Shown: piece by piece, positions 62,359 to 64,000 of the stretch | Layout: every line of letters starts with the position of its first letter | How positions within the stretch are numbered: position 1 is the first letter of the stretch | Assembly (NCBI RefSeq): GCF_030144855.1 | Contig: NC_082738.1 | Span: forward strand, 43,152,001-43,216,000 | Source of the DNA: Hypanus sabinus | Lineage: Eukaryota | Length of the DNA: 64,000 nucleotides | Direction: 5' to 3' | Position numbers and translations under genes: made by a program | Notes under the pieces: model-generated | Databases searched by the model: none | What the model was told of the DNA's origin: nothing | Seen by the model: the letters and a program-made list of their open reading frames with translations, nothing else

Positions 62359-62779
62359 AGGCAGCATCATCATAAATCTCTTCTGCAGCCACTCCAGCTT
62401 TCCAGCTTTAGTCTGTGAGAGGATTTGTCTTTTCAGCTCTTTGAATATTCCTTGTTCCTCTTTTGCACGATTTACTTAGTTTTGTAACTTATAGTGATTT
62501 TTATATCTTTTGCTGTACTGCTGTCGCTAAACAACAGACTTCATGACATATGTTAGTGGTAATCGACCTGTTTATGATTCTGATCCTTCATCTAGCTCAA
62601 TAATCCTTGGACATCTGCTCCTTCCTGAGACCTGATCACCCTGAACTTAATTGCCCTAATACTACCAAATGCCTCACCAGCCACATGCTCTAAAATTCCC
62701 TTCTATTTTCATACCTCACTTCAGGGTCAGCGAACTGTTCACTCAGTCATTGTCAGTGAAACCAGAGCTAATTACAGGA

Positions 62780-63590
62780 GGAAGAAGCTGGAAGCTCACA
62801 TGTCAGTCCTCATTAGGGGATTGGTGGAGAGGATCAGTAGCTTTAAGTTCTTTGGCATTAACATCTCAGAGCATCCTGTGAAGGCATTTACCTCCTGAGG
62901 CCAGCACATAGGTGCCATCATAAAGAAGGCTTGACGATGCCTCTACTTTCTTAGAAGTCTATGTAGATTCAGTATGTCACCAAATACTTTGACAAACCTT
63001 TATAAATTCACAGTGCAGTGTATCCTGATTGGTTGCATCATGGCTTGGTATGGAAACACCAATGCCCTGGAATAAAAAGACTACAGAAAGTGGTGGATAC
63101 AGCTTAGTCCATTACAGGCAAAGTCCTCCCCACCATTGAGTACATTTACATGCAGCGCTGCCACAAGAAAGCAGCATCAATCATCAAAGACCCCCGCCAT
63201 CCAGGCCATGCCCTCTTCATGCTGTTACCATTGGAAAGGAGGTACAGAAGCCTTAGGTCCCACACCACCAGGTTCAGTAACAGATATTACCCTATAACAA
63301 TCAGGCTCTTGAATGGGTGTGAATAACTTCTATTACTTTGAACTAATTCTATGACCTACGGACTCACTTTCAAGGTTTCTTTACAACTAAAGTTCTCAGT
63401 ATTATCTTGTATATGCACAATTTGTCTTCTTTTGCACATCAGTCATTTGTCAGTCTTTATATATAGCTCTTTGTAAGTTCTATTGTATTTCTATATTTTT
63501 CCTGTAAATGCCTGCAAGAAAATGAATCTCAGGGTGGTATGTGGTAACATATACGTACTTTGATCATAAATTTACTTTGAACTTTGAATT
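62780..63590 (+). mobile_element. Rex1/Babar LINE 3' fragment
   Basis: VERISSFKF, LYFLRSL, ILIGCIMAWYGN, AAATTTACTTTGAACTTTGA tail. Confidence 0.85.
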
Positions 63591-63839
63591 TCCTGTTTTA
63601 TGGAATGGTTGCAGAGTGCCGCCCTATCCACTGGAAGTGAGCCCCTCTGTACAGCTGAGTCCACTTGCTAGACAAGGGCCATTCCAACAACAATGTCACC
63701 AGGTCCAGAGAAATCCTGAAATCAAGGCCCGAGCTCACCTCCCCCTCATACCTCCTCTCCCCGACCAAGAATATTTGGCCTCAAATTTTTGGTTTCATGA
63801 AGGGAATTTCTACAAATACACAGATTTCATTTACATAAG

Positions 63840-64000
63840 CAAATAGGAGGAGTAGGTCACTCAGCTTCTTACGCCTGCCACACCACTCAATATGATTGTG
63901 GCTGATCTACCTCAAGTCTCAACTTCTCTTCTCTGCCAGTTCTCCATTGCCCTCAATTCTCTGATCTGTTGAACAATTATCTAATTCCTCTTTAAGTCTC
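63840..64000 (-). mobile_element. CR1 3' end running off the window
   Basis: ATAGGAGGAGTAGGTCACTCAGC...CAATATGATTGTGGCTGATC matches the reverse complement of CR1 tails elsewhere in the window. Confidence 0.65.

Noticed and set aside
30200-64000. Exons of a neighbouring gene (NAGLU follows ATP6V0A1 in human)
   Set aside because: No recognisable host coding sequence; the identifiable ORFs are transposon-derived. Short or non-coding exons cannot be excluded without RNA data

Overview
Vertebrate genomic DNA. The repeat content (HE1-type SINEs, abundant CR1, Rex1 and Penelope-like elements) points to a shark or ray (inference). Bases 1-~29,700 hold the 3' half of ATP6V0A1 (V-ATPase V0 subunit a1) on the + strand: nine phase-consistent GT-AG coding exons, a tenth candidate 18-nt microexon (10463-10480, PTEEQL) that the ORF track cannot show, a stop at 26927 and a ~2.75 kb repeat-free 3' UTR. 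One intron carries a full-length but disabled 4.2 kb Ty3/Gypsy LTR retrotransposon with CsRn1/Kabuki-clade hallmarks. Another carries an antisense, internally deleted CR1 headed by a 100-bp tandem monomer array. From ~30 kb to the end I recognise no host exons; this part is a nested collection of decayed CR1, Rex1, RTE, Penelope-like, SINE and mariner-derived elements. I found no convincing wholly new biological system. The best leads are the microexon and its splicing context, the Gypsy element (apparent loss of its frameshift site, LTR template switch), the CR1 monomer array, decayed hammerhead ribozymes in two Penelope families, a bipartite RTE derivative with a conserved 5' motif, a 587-bp mariner foldback and a templated copy of part of the 3' UTR. 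Family names come from recalled motifs, not database searches, and boundaries of old repeats are approximate.
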